The notes under the pieces: generated by a model
What the model saw: the letters and a program-made list of their open reading frames with translations, nothing else
Databases searched by the model: none
Told to the model about the DNA's origin: nothing
In this document: positions 37,401-45,055 of the stretch, one piece after another
How positions within the stretch are numbered: the stretch's first letter is position 1
Layout: every line of letters starts with the position of its first letter
IMG/VR virus record: IMGVR_UViG_3300045946_000018
Location: 1-64,000 of that record
DNA: 64,000 nt
Direction: 5' to 3' (one strand)
Origin: a virus
Made by a program: the position numbers and the translations under genes

Positions 37401-39993
37401 CATTCGTGACTACAGGACGGGTATATGCATAGTAAGCTGTATCCGCCGTACGTCTTGCTACATCTTCAGGCAGTCCCATACTGATAAGAGTTTGTCTCAG
37501 TTGTGATGGTCGCACTCCTTTACTAAAAGCATCCATGACGTCGGCCAGATTCATGCCTATTTGCTGCAGTGTTTCTTGAATTTCTTCTTTAAATGACTCT
37601 ACATTCTTACGCACGGCGCGTTCTTCAAAAACGCTTTGTTCTGCTGCGGCACGTGATTCTGGAGTACTTGTCTCATATATAGGTCTACGAGTGGGCCTAT
37701 TTATAAGAGGCTCTGTATCTGGCGCTTTCACTACCTTACGTTTACGTTTAGGCTTCTCAATGACAGGAGATGTATCTATTACTGGTTCTGCAGGTGCAGG
37801 TATTTCTACTTCAGTTCCTGCCGGTGCGTTTTCTAGTACAGCTTCAGTTGCTGCTTGCTGAACAGCTGGCTTATTGACGGTATAATAACGAGTGTAATTA
37901 CCTTGCTTTACTTGAGTTATACTACCTTCATTCAGAAGATTTTGAATTGCTTCATTAACTTCACTACGTGCAAACCCCACTCTATTTACTATAGCTTGTA
38001 TTGTAGCCCCACCTTCCCGAGATAGAAAATCCCTCACTGCTCCACTAACATCTGAAACTGGCATTTCAGATAGCTCAGATAAACTGCTCTCCACAATTCC
38101 TCTTTCAGACTTCGCAGCGCGTACTTTTTTAAGTTGTGGTATTAACTCCTGAATTGTTTCCTCATCTACACCAAGCTGCCGTAATCCACGCTCTACGCTT
38201 TTCGCGTCAGTATTAAGAGCTTCACGTTTCAAGTTTGCTAACGACGTTTTACGATCAGCTGGACTTGTTTCCTCATTTTGAATTGCTTCTATTGCCGCGA
38301 ACGCAGGCCCTCTATATTCAGTGCGAGTAGGAGTTATTACTTCTGGAGCCGTAGGCGATACCGCAGCTACTGCTGGAGTCTCGGGTGAAACTGGTGCTGG
38401 TACAGTTTCAGGAGCAACAGTAGCTGCAGCCTCAACACGTGGTGTTTCGATAGGTGCAATTTCACGAGTCGGTCTTGGTGCCTCAGGCGTAACAGGAGCT
38501 AAAGCTGTCTCACCTCGCACTACAACTTCAGGCTGCACTGGCCGCTCAGCAGTCATAGTTGGTGCTGCACGCTGAGGTTCAGGTGCGCGTTGAGCTTGAG
38601 GCTCAGCTGACCTTGGTGCTTCAGGTGTAGGAGCAGCAGGTCTTGCAGCTTCAGGCGTTGGTGTTGGGCGCGTAGGCTCAGCAGGAGCTCTAGGTGTACC
38701 TTGTGGTTTAGGTACGCGGCCTAAGCGCTCTCGTAAATCCGTCATGATACTGCCTCTATTTGGATCAGCTGCCCATTCATCCGTTACACGATCTAGCTCT
38801 GATTTGTACGCACGCAATTCAGCTGGATCATATACTATATCTGCAGCAGCTCCACCACCAGCTGGCCCTTCATCCGGCGGCTTAGGTCCTCGTGGTGGCA
38901 TGCCGACTTCACGATCAGCTTCATCTCTAAACTTTCCACGAGCTTCTTCAAGCGCGTTATTTAGTCGAGGATTTTTTGATGCTGCATTCGCAAGATCTTC
39001 TGCAGCTGCTGCGGCTTGCGCGTCAGTTGTAGCACGTGACATACGAGTTTTGTATTCAGCAATCTTTGAGCGTATTTCTGGAGCAGCTTTGCGTACGCCC
39101 TGATCTAGCTTGTAGAATAGATAAAGTTCAGTGGCAAAGCTAAGCACTCGAGCTGTATCCTCGTTAAGTACGCCTGTTGCCACAAGTGCGCGACCAGGTA
39201 GTTCAGCTACATCCTTAATTAAACCGGTTACAGTGCCTACAGCTTTATTTACGTTCTTTGCAATATCTGAGCGTGGTTCAGGAGTTAGTGACGTAATGCG
39301 CTGATCCATTCGGTTGAATATATCACGGTAATGAGTTTTACTTTCGGGCCCACCGGCCATTGGTCCGCCACGTGCAACACGTGCAAGTTGAGTATTCAAA
39401 ATATCGCTAACTGCAGTTGCAGCACCAAATGCAAATGCTCCAGCACCGGCGAGTACATTACCACCAGCTTCGGCAATATCGCGCACAAAATTCGTGGATC
39501 GTTGCAGCGTACCATATAATCCAGGAGAGTATTGTCGCGTCGGCGTTGCTCCTGGTGCTCCAGGCTGAAGGTCACGTCTGCTAGTATAACGCTGTGACTC
39601 TGGAGCTTGAGTAGGAACTGTGCGAATTCCACTAAAACTTCCAGTGCCGGTATATTCGCGTGTTGTATCTGGTACTAATTTTTCAGCTACCGATCCAATA
39701 GCTGAACCAACATCACTTGCTATTTTGCCAGGATCTATACTAGGTAGATAGCCAGAAATTCCTGTGCCTGATGGTTCTGCAGGCGGCACGTATTGAGGCG
39801 GCAATTGACCAGGGCTGAGCCTCTGCTCAGCGGGTAAGCCGCTATTATAGTTATTTAATAATGCTTCATTCAAGTCCGGCTTCTTAGGAGCAAGCGGCGT
39901 TTTGCCTATTCCTAAGCGTCCAAGTAATTCTTCATTTTCTGGCTCACCTTGAAGAAGGTAGCGTTCTACGTCAATAGGTGCGACTGTTGACAT
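34456..39993 (-). CDS. Large internal virion / ejection protein (1845 aa)
   Basis: Last late gene; Pro/Ala/Glu-rich linker; C-terminal RYADDLV.RTQG...TQFQTF region and a hydrophobic segment. Confidence 0.7.
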   Translation of the reverse strand: MSTVAPIDVERYLLQGEPENEELLGRLGIGKTPLAPKKPDLNEALLNNYNSGLPAEQRLSPGQLPPQYVPPAEPSGTGISGYLPSIDPGKIASDVGSAIGSVAEKLVPDTTREYTGTGSFSGIRTVPTQAPESQRYTSRRDLQPGAPGATPTRQYSPGLYGTLQRSTNFVRDIAEAGGNVLAGAGAFAFGAATAVSDILNTQLARVARGGPMAGGPESKTHYRDIFNRMDQRITSLTPEPRSDIAKNVNKAVGTVTGLIKDVAELPGRALVATGVLNEDTARVLSFATELYLFYKLDQGVRKAAPEIRSKIAEYKTRMSRATTDAQAAAAAEDLANAASKNPRLNNALEEARGKFRDEADREVGMPPRGPKPPDEGPAGGGAAADIVYDPAELRAYKSELDRVTDEWAADPNRGSIMTDLRERLGRVPKPQGTPRAPAEPTRPTPTPEAARPAAPTPEAPRSAEPQAQRAPEPQRAAPTMTAERPVQPEVVVRGETALAPVTPEAPRPTREIAPIETPRVEAAATVAPETVPAPVSPETPAVAAVSPTAPEVITPTRTEYRGPAFAAIEAIQNEETSPADRKTSLANLKREALNTDAKSVERGLRQLGVDEETIQELIPQLKKVRAAKSERGIVESSLSELSEMPVSDVSGAVRDFLSREGGATIQAIVNRVGFARSEVNEAIQNLLNEGSITQVKQGNYTRYYTVNKPAVQQAATEAVLENAPAGTEVEIPAPAEPVIDTSPVIEKPKRKRKVVKAPDTEPLINRPTRRPIYETSTPESRAAAEQSVFEERAVRKNVESFKEEIQETLQQIGMNLADVMDAFSKGVRPSQLRQTLISMGLPEDVARRTADTAYYAYTRPVVTNVGFTEIKSVTNLEPSAKASILPFKYTELISSAPIQVRTIEGRPDAIFVDTRGMNARTSLANIELEIQRGRTSPELGQVLKRSLQAQADFTGLPIERAHEFTGQELIREATRVAAENDLDLYVMKGRNYELVPKDVVRTDARLNSGDDLRAVPISKDAAGAYVESKTSPIGPEQIEEMLRAIEQGVDITDKLPADLIPHYKAMRESARAGIDTSERRAFIDILNDVNTMLGEEGAIGGNWSREARMAAQRLQADMRKAGKNVREFLFGARPEDVAMFERYLEGINNPEPPNSTNPRNMRFDPENVIPGDRVVKQRVASGNTYVPLWQSEVRGIQNARDIKPGGGEWNLKLPLRQHKAAGTEFLYYAYRTAQKNLNAELNTLHADMEELGRGFSSKSLENIGANGYARQGGDGQRILTYNKVTPQPLTSAERRLQANLDGVYAYLYNRVNEVRAATGREPLARVDDYQTFARTINVLNALGIKVDLARDTSDSVHAKYIKHRATNFPYIVRKHAFYTAEMNALKILDTYAQSALKDIHMSPFIAKMHELIETNLPDPVTGKETWQLKDNKPGLYEELRNWTDYIATGTNKQFTATQRMILNTVNKNVAYATLSGLIRSGTIQLSTLVNTSQTLGIPKTLGSAFEMLADLPLGKKKDFALRNSEILSSRKFIDAYNEVTSAFVGRRPGELFRALGRGNLAELQQMVGRPGFKLIELLDMEAALVTWNAGYKFATSPKVGYNHKDAVRYADDLVVRTQGSTMPGDLAGIQRNPLGKLVTQFQTFLISDFNFLRDEVLTKGKIGGGGGGQIPPGGVASGPGSWEEPGAPRSNMRFMRNVIGFLIITQIINELYKLLHIQPALPDPVEDVRKGMQARHSLPQLALDLAVGQIERLPIIGGMRYGKGIAGPAIETARDAARAYRNDPLSPPWWEPTATLLGVPGTRQISKFTRAQKRGENVYDSLMGWYSQEPTRGARRERSERRERR

Positions 39994-40012
39994 TTACGTT
40001 TCCTCTGCTAGC

Positions 40013-40234
40013 GGCATTTCTCCCTGCAGGTGCAAGAGAGTGTAGTTCCTTTGTGGAGAACCTGCTAGAGAAAAATGCGGGGCCATTTTTCTCTTGCAGA
40101 ACCTCCAGTCGTCACAACACGGGAATTGCCCCTGCTGGGAAAATGCCATCGCGCCGGTAGCACAAGAGAGATCAGCGGCACTAGGGCTCCCGTTGGTCGC
40201 AGCTTCATCTCCAGCTATGGTTAAAATCTAACCG
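40013..40234 (-). repeat. Rod-hairpin element E8 plus palindrome
   Basis: ggcattt.tccc.gcagg.gcaa/ttgc.cctgc.gggaaaatgcc; ctgc.agagaaaaatg/catttttctct.gcag; degenerate CTAGCA-18-TACACT; palindrome at 40218-40234. Confidence 0.8.
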
Positions 40235-40242
40235 TAACAATC

Positions 40243-41205
40243 TTACTCTTTGGGCCTGAGTTTCCAGGGTATCGGCTGCTTTAAGCTTGGATAAAATACT
40301 TGCTCAAGGTATTGTTGCACGTTCATTGCGCCACTAGGGTAATTCTGAGCTGCGTCATAAACCTCTTGGGCCGTATAGCGATGACCATCTACAGTAGGCA
40401 AATCTATCTTCTTCATTCGAGTACCTGAATAGATGCGGCCAGGATTATCCTCAAAGATATACACGTACGGCTGTTTGCTTGTCGCATGAAACAGCTCAGC
40501 TTCAGGTGCTAATTCACTCTCATCGTACGAGTTCTGTAGTGCATAGCCACCAGGTCTCTTCGAGCGTAGATTCTGTTCTGCATCTGTTGCTACTTTCATC
40601 TCAGTGCGAGCATCCGTGCGCGCTTTAGCTATTTTCTCTGCACGCTCTTTCTCGAGCTGCATCATCTTCTGTATATTCTCGTTACGCTCTTGAGCAAGTG
40701 TCATTCCTTTGGCTGAGAACTCCTGACCACCGATCTTCAGCTTTACGTATTCATCATTCTGTTTATCTAGCAGTGCAGCCTCTCTCGGATACAGTTGACG
40801 GATGCGCTCAGCATTGGCATTGCTGGCATTAACAGCTGCCATACTTTGCTCAATATTAGCTCGTATGTTCTGCTTCTCTAAACCGAGCAGCTCAGTAACG
40901 CGGTTTGATTGTGCTTGATACAGGCCTGTCTGTGCACGCTCCTGTGCAACGCGTTCTGGCAACAGTGTTTCGGTACTGATTCGCTGAGCACGACTCGCAC
41001 CAGCTGCTTCACGTGACTGGTCAATATCCGCAAGCATCTTAGCGGCAATGTGAGGCTCTTCTGCACGTAACCGTGCTGCCTGCGCTTTATTCAAATCACC
41101 TGAAGTTTCACGGTACGCAATCTCACTTTGTACATTACGTGCCTGTATAATGTCCTGCACGCTGCGTAGTCGCAGTGCTTCTCGTTCTGTGTCGAGTCGG
41201 CCCAT
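40243..41205 (-). CDS. Putative ejection protein (frame stays open upstream to about 41283; probably reached by a -1 frameshift)
   Basis: Helical A/E/Q/R-rich; weak RBS; open upstream extension LLSPGGFESGSLAGLNPEQVAA. Confidence 0.7.
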   Translation of the reverse strand: MGRLDTEREALRLRSVQDIIQARNVQSEIAYRETSGDLNKAQAARLRAEEPHIAAKMLADIDQSREAAGASRAQRISTETLLPERVAQERAQTGLYQAQSNRVTELLGLEKQNIRANIEQSMAAVNASNANAERIRQLYPREAALLDKQNDEYVKLKIGGQEFSAKGMTLAQERNENIQKMMQLEKERAEKIAKARTDARTEMKVATDAEQNLRSKRPGGYALQNSYDESELAPEAELFHATSKQPYVYIFEDNPGRIYSGTRMKKIDLPTVDGHRYTAQEVYDAAQNYPSGAMNVQQYLEQVFYPSLKQPIPWKLRPKE

Positions 41206-41225
41206 AGCTGCAACCTGTTCTGGAT

Positions 41226-41277
41226 TAAGCCCCGCAAGACTTCCACTTTCAAATCCTCCGGGGCTTAGTAGAAAGGG
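41226..41277 (-). other. Candidate -1 programmed ribosomal frameshift signal
   Basis: C CCT TTC heptamer in frame (41277-41271) followed by the hairpin taagccccg...cggggctta. Confidence 0.7.
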
Positions 41278-41825
41278 GCAATATCTAGTATGCTGGGATC
41301 ACGTCTAGCTGCAGCAGTTCTTATTGGTGCTGGTGCATTAGTTACGGGAACTGGAGCCGTAGTAGCTGGAGTAATCACGGGTGCTGTCTGTGTACGTGCA
41401 GGTGGCTGAGCTGGTGCTACGTTAGTCGGTCTGGTTGCTGCAATGTCACGAAGCGTATTTGAGAATGCACCGTACTCCGGCGTGCTCGTAATATTTCGTG
41501 GCTCAGGCAAGTTGAGGTCGAATGTGTACGAGCCAGATGGCGTTGCCTTAACGCTGTTCAGACCAGGACGGTCTGGCTTCGTGATGCCACCGTGCAAGTC
41601 AATAAGCTGTTTAATTTGTGCTGATCGCGCCGCGTCGCGTTTCTCGATGGCAGATTGAGCGGCTTTACTGCTAATCATATTTGCAGCGGCGGTACCAATT
41701 ACTCCACCTGCACCCTCAGGGTCCATTTGCCTACCCATGTTCGCGAGCAGTAACTGGAAGTTGGGATCACTTAACATACCGCTAAAACTCCACGGTTGCT
41801 GTGTGGCTGCTGAACCTTCTGCCAT
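41265..41825 (-). CDS. Putative ejection protein
   Basis: 186 aa, Gly/Ala-rich N-terminus, P/T/A-rich tail; AAGGA RBS. Confidence 0.7.
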   Translation of the reverse strand: MAEGSAATQQPWSFSGMLSDPNFQLLLANMGRQMDPEGAGGVIGTAAANMISSKAAQSAIEKRDAARSAQIKQLIDLHGGITKPDRPGLNSVKATPSGSYTFDLNLPEPRNITSTPEYGAFSNTLRDIAATRPTNVAPAQPPARTQTAPVITPATTAPVPVTNAPAPIRTAAARRDPSILDIAPFY

Positions 41826-41837
41826 GATAAATTCCTT

Positions 41838-42048
41838 TGGTTAAAGTTTAACCACAACGCACCGACGCGCAGTATAGCGCGCCACTGACTCTCTTGGTAC
41901 TTCCCACCGCCGCAGCCTTTCCGATCGGGCCACCCATCCCTTCCACAGCGTAGGGTAGCGCTTGTCAAGCATCCCAGCGGAGCGGATGCTTTACAAGCAA
42001 GCGTACCGAAGCGACAATCCCACGGGTGGCACGAGAGGAGCTAAGGCG
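41838..42048 (+). repeat. Rod-hairpin element E9 plus palindrome
   Basis: gccaccc/gggtggc; gcttgt.aagcatcc/ggatgctt.acaagc; TTTACA-17-GACAAT (antisense to neighbours); palindrome at 41838-41854. Confidence 0.8.
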
Positions 42049-42354
42049 CTAAAACAATACATCGCCTACAACTAGCGTACCCTTTGAGCTATGATCAGAC
42101 CACGGATTAATTGCTACATATAATTGCCACCTGTATGTGCCAGCAATGTTCAATACTCCTGCCTCTACTACGTACTCAACACGTCCGTCAGTTCCATCCG
42201 TAATATTAGTGAGCGGCTTTACTACCTGCGTGCCATCAGGCTTCACTAACTTTACTTGTTTAGAGCCAGCTGTAGATACGTCTAGTGTTTCACCATTATC
42301 TAGTACTGTCCAACGTAGCTTCACACCTACAGCATTTTTATGAATGTCGTACAT
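42049..42354 (-). CDS. BppU-N-like Ig-fold structural protein
   Basis: KPDGT...TDGTDGRVEY...AGTYRWQ. Confidence 0.65.
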   Translation of the reverse strand: MYDIHKNAVGVKLRWTVLDNGETLDVSTAGSKQVKLVKPDGTQVVKPLTNITDGTDGRVEYVVEAGVLNIAGTYRWQLYVAINPWSDHSSKGTLVVGDVLF

Positions 42355-42355
42355 A

Positions 42356-42634
42356 TTATAGCTCCACTAGAACCAGCGGTTCTTTGAGAACCTCTGCAAT
42401 AAGTTCTTTTTGTAACGAAACTGTTGCAGTTTCTTCTATCTGCACAGTGACAGCTGTGATGTAGTCTTTGTTTCTGCTTACATTTGCCGTCTCGTTTAAC
42501 GCTTGAATAAAGTGCGCTGGCCCAAGCTCAATAATCTCACCGTATCCAACACCGGGCGTAATTAACGGAATGAATCCACGCGTTACAATATGTGGTATTG
42601 ATTGTAACTGAGTTACAATGTACTGAATAGCCAT
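42356..42634 (-). CDS. Hypothetical protein
   Basis: Tightly packed. Confidence 0.6.
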   Translation of the reverse strand: MAIQYIVTQLQSIPHIVTRGFIPLITPGVGYGEIIELGPAHFIQALNETANVSRNKDYITAVTVQIEETATVSLQKELIAEVLKEPLVLVEL

Positions 42635-43176
42635 TAGCTAGTCCGTATACGCTGTGTTGGATTAAGCCCATTATCCATCGTGAATATCATTGCGTCCGTT
42701 GTACCGTCAAGTCGTTTTGCTTTAATTAAGTTAGACTCAATAACAAACTGCGATAATGTAGACCACATCATAAACAGCAATTGATCCCGAGTAGGAGCGG
42801 CTCCGTCGGCGGCATAAGATTCGGTTAATGCAGTAGTATTAAGTGCTCCAATATTTGTTAAGTCATTATTAGTAAGCATCACTGACGGTGCGTCAAAGAA
42901 TACCGAACCATCACCCCACTCAAATTGTGGGTCGCTCCACAAAACAAGAATTTTGTCTGCAGTCATTTCAGTTGCAGACAATGACACGGTAATGCACCCG
43001 CTTCCTGCTGGCGTCTCGGTTGGTAGTGTTGTTAAATCAACTGGTGCTCCAGCGTCCTTACTTATCTTAAAATCACCGGCAGCAATTGTAGGTGTTTTCT
43101 TTATACGGCCAGGAACAAGCGTATCTAAGAGCGTTATTCTAAATGAGTAAGCAACGCCGCGCTGTGGATTTGGCAC
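42634..43176 (-). CDS. Putative structural protein
   Basis: PTIAAGDFKISKD...LSATEM; tightly packed. Confidence 0.6.
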   Translation of the reverse strand: MPNPQRGVAYSFRITLLDTLVPGRIKKTPTIAAGDFKISKDAGAPVDLTTLPTETPAGSGCITVSLSATEMTADKILVLWSDPQFEWGDGSVFFDAPSVMLTNNDLTNIGALNTTALTESYAADGAAPTRDQLLFMMWSTLSQFVIESNLIKAKRLDGTTDAMIFTMDNGLNPTQRIRTS

Positions 43177-43179
43177 TGA

Positions 43180-43407
43180 TTATTCCTTTCGGCGACAATC
43201 ACGCACTAGTTCAACTTGCTTATCTAGGCACGTAATTAATTTCTCGTAAAAAGTACGGGATATTTCCTGCGAGCGATTAAGTGCTCCAATAAGCCACCAA
43301 ACAACTATAGTACCCATTAGTAATAGTGTTAGCGATACTATAGGCCCGCCCTCACGTAGGACAGGAAGTATAATACTTAACCATCCACGTGCTCGTTCTG
43401 GCTGCAT
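43180..43407 (-). CDS. Small membrane protein (holin-like)
   Basis: TM segment IVSLTLLLMGTIVVWWLIGAL followed by a charged helix. Confidence 0.5.
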   Translation of the reverse strand: MQPERARGWLSIILPVLREGGPIVSLTLLLMGTIVVWWLIGALNRSQEISRTFYEKLITCLDKQVELVRDCRRKE

Positions 43408-43661
43408 GACTTTAGTCTCTGTTGATAAGAACGCATAACTGCACGACAATTATCGCAGCGCGCATACGAGCCAGATACTTTAGCAATGGTGCATTGCACG
43501 CATAACTTAGCTCGTTTTAATTGCTTGTAACGTTTACGCTGATAAATTCGGTTATCCATTACGCAACGTTCGCACTTTCGATTTGAGAACAGCGATTTTC
43601 TACCACAATTAGCGCAGCGTTTCTGCCGTATATAAATAGCACGTTCGGCTGCTCTAGCCAT
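43377..43661 (-). CDS. Basic Zn-finger protein
   Basis: Four CxxC motifs. Confidence 0.6.
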   Translation of the reverse strand: MARAAERAIYIRQKRCANCGRKSLFSNRKCERCVMDNRIYQRKRYKQLKRAKLCVQCTIAKVSGSYARCDNCRAVMRSYQQRLKSCSQNEHVDG

Positions 43662-43663
43662 AG

Positions 43664-45055
43664 TTAGTTTACCTTACTGCAGATCATAGTAATTACACCT
43701 TTAGCGCCTAATTCGCCTGCACAATTAAGAATTAAATCTCCAGATGGTGGCGGTTCTGGTAAAGGTGTAGTACCAAAAACATATGCGCCTAAATCAGGTG
43801 GCTGCGTGTAGGGCTGTCCTTGTACGTCACTTTCTACAGCAACAGTTATTCCAGCTCGTATCGCTGGCGAATTTGATTTAAGTGTCAAATCTCCACTTGC
43901 AGAGTCGGTGTATATATTCTCTACAGGTGCAATTAGCGTAATACCAGTGTTACCACTTTTATCTGACATGTTGTGGTGATTTTTATCCGGGTTTGGTGAT
44001 ACGCCTGCAGAATTGCCCAGCGATAAATAAGCATTTTTTTGTTCAGTAATCAGATTATTTACTACTGTAAATCCACTGCCATCTCCTGAAGTTGTCCAGA
44101 TACCAGTAGGATCATCGTTCCATCCAGCTTCTTTCCATCCGTGAATTGTATTGTTAGCAATTAATCCGGAACCTGATAGTGTAATTCCTGAACCGTTGTG
44201 TTCAAGTAGGTTTGATGCTACTGTACAATCTGATCCTGCACAGCGGATACCAACACTGCTATTGTGACGTACTATATTACGCTCTATCTTTATTCGCGAA
44301 ATTCCTCCGCCCTCACACGATACGTGAATGCCATAGTAAGAGCAATATTCTACGCGATTATCACTAATAATTTGATCCGTACCGCACACGTACATTCCGT
44401 GCGGACAGCCACTTGGCGTAGGCTTATTGTCGCTATGGGGGCATTCTTTAAGTCCAGTGTGGTGAATATAGTTATGCGTAATAGTTAAGTATTTACTAGT
44501 ACTGCCGCCCTTAATTTGACCATCGGCTAATTCATTTCGCGTTATAGTAACGTGCTGTGCATTGCCGATGTATACACCACCAACAGAACCAGCATTACTA
44601 TGACGTACTATTCTCAAACCCTCGACGTGAATAAACCTCGCGTAATCTAGTAACGTAATTGCCGAACCACCACCAGGAAATTGTTTACCTGCTGGTGAAA
44701 GAACAGCATTTCCAGCCGCAATTAACTTAGTAGGCTGATCCGGATCTATACCATTAACTATTGGATAACAGGGTTGTTGCACAGCAGAATCACCACTAGA
44801 GCAGGCACGGCTATTAGATTGCTGCGAGATTAGCAATTCGTTGTACGTACCCGGGCCGATAATTAGCGTATCTCCAGAAGATAAGCATTGTAAGCCAGCA
44901 TTAATTGAAGCACGTGATGTAGCTGGATTTTTCGCTTGCTCGCATGTATGACTATCATTACCTCGTGGTTTACGTGTTGCCTGTTGACTTACGTAATACG
45001 TTTCGTAGGCATATACTTCTGCTGATAAAAACAGTAGTAGTATAATGCTTATCAT
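43664..45055 (-). CDS. Right-handed beta-helix (pectin-lyase-like) protein with signal-peptide-like N-terminus
   Basis: YYVS...GND, SINAG...GDTLIIGPGTY, I..N.I repeats, L...SPAI.AG, PDLGAY. Confidence 0.85.
   Translation of the reverse strand: MISIILLLFLSAEVYAYETYYVSQQATRKPRGNDSHTCEQAKNPATSRASINAGLQCLSSGDTLIIGPGTYNELLISQQSNSRACSSGDSAVQQPCYPIVNGIDPDQPTKLIAAGNAVLSPAGKQFPGGGSAITLLDYARFIHVEGLRIVRHSNAGSVGGVYIGNAQHVTITRNELADGQIKGGSTSKYLTITHNYIHHTGLKECPHSDNKPTPSGCPHGMYVCGTDQIISDNRVEYCSYYGIHVSCEGGGISRIKIERNIVRHNSSVGIRCAGSDCTVASNLLEHNGSGITLSGSGLIANNTIHGWKEAGWNDDPTGIWTTSGDGSGFTVVNNLITEQKNAYLSLGNSAGVSPNPDKNHHNMSDKSGNTGITLIAPVENIYTDSASGDLTLKSNSPAIRAGITVAVESDVQGQPYTQPPDLGAYVFGTTPLPEPPPSGDLILNCAGELGAKGVITMICSKVN

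Noticed and set aside
2925-42048. Rod elements as simple terminators or classical IS/MITEs
   Set aside because: No U tracts, too long, conserved -35/-10 placement, no evident target-site duplications and no transposase in the genome. Mobilisation in trans is not excluded.
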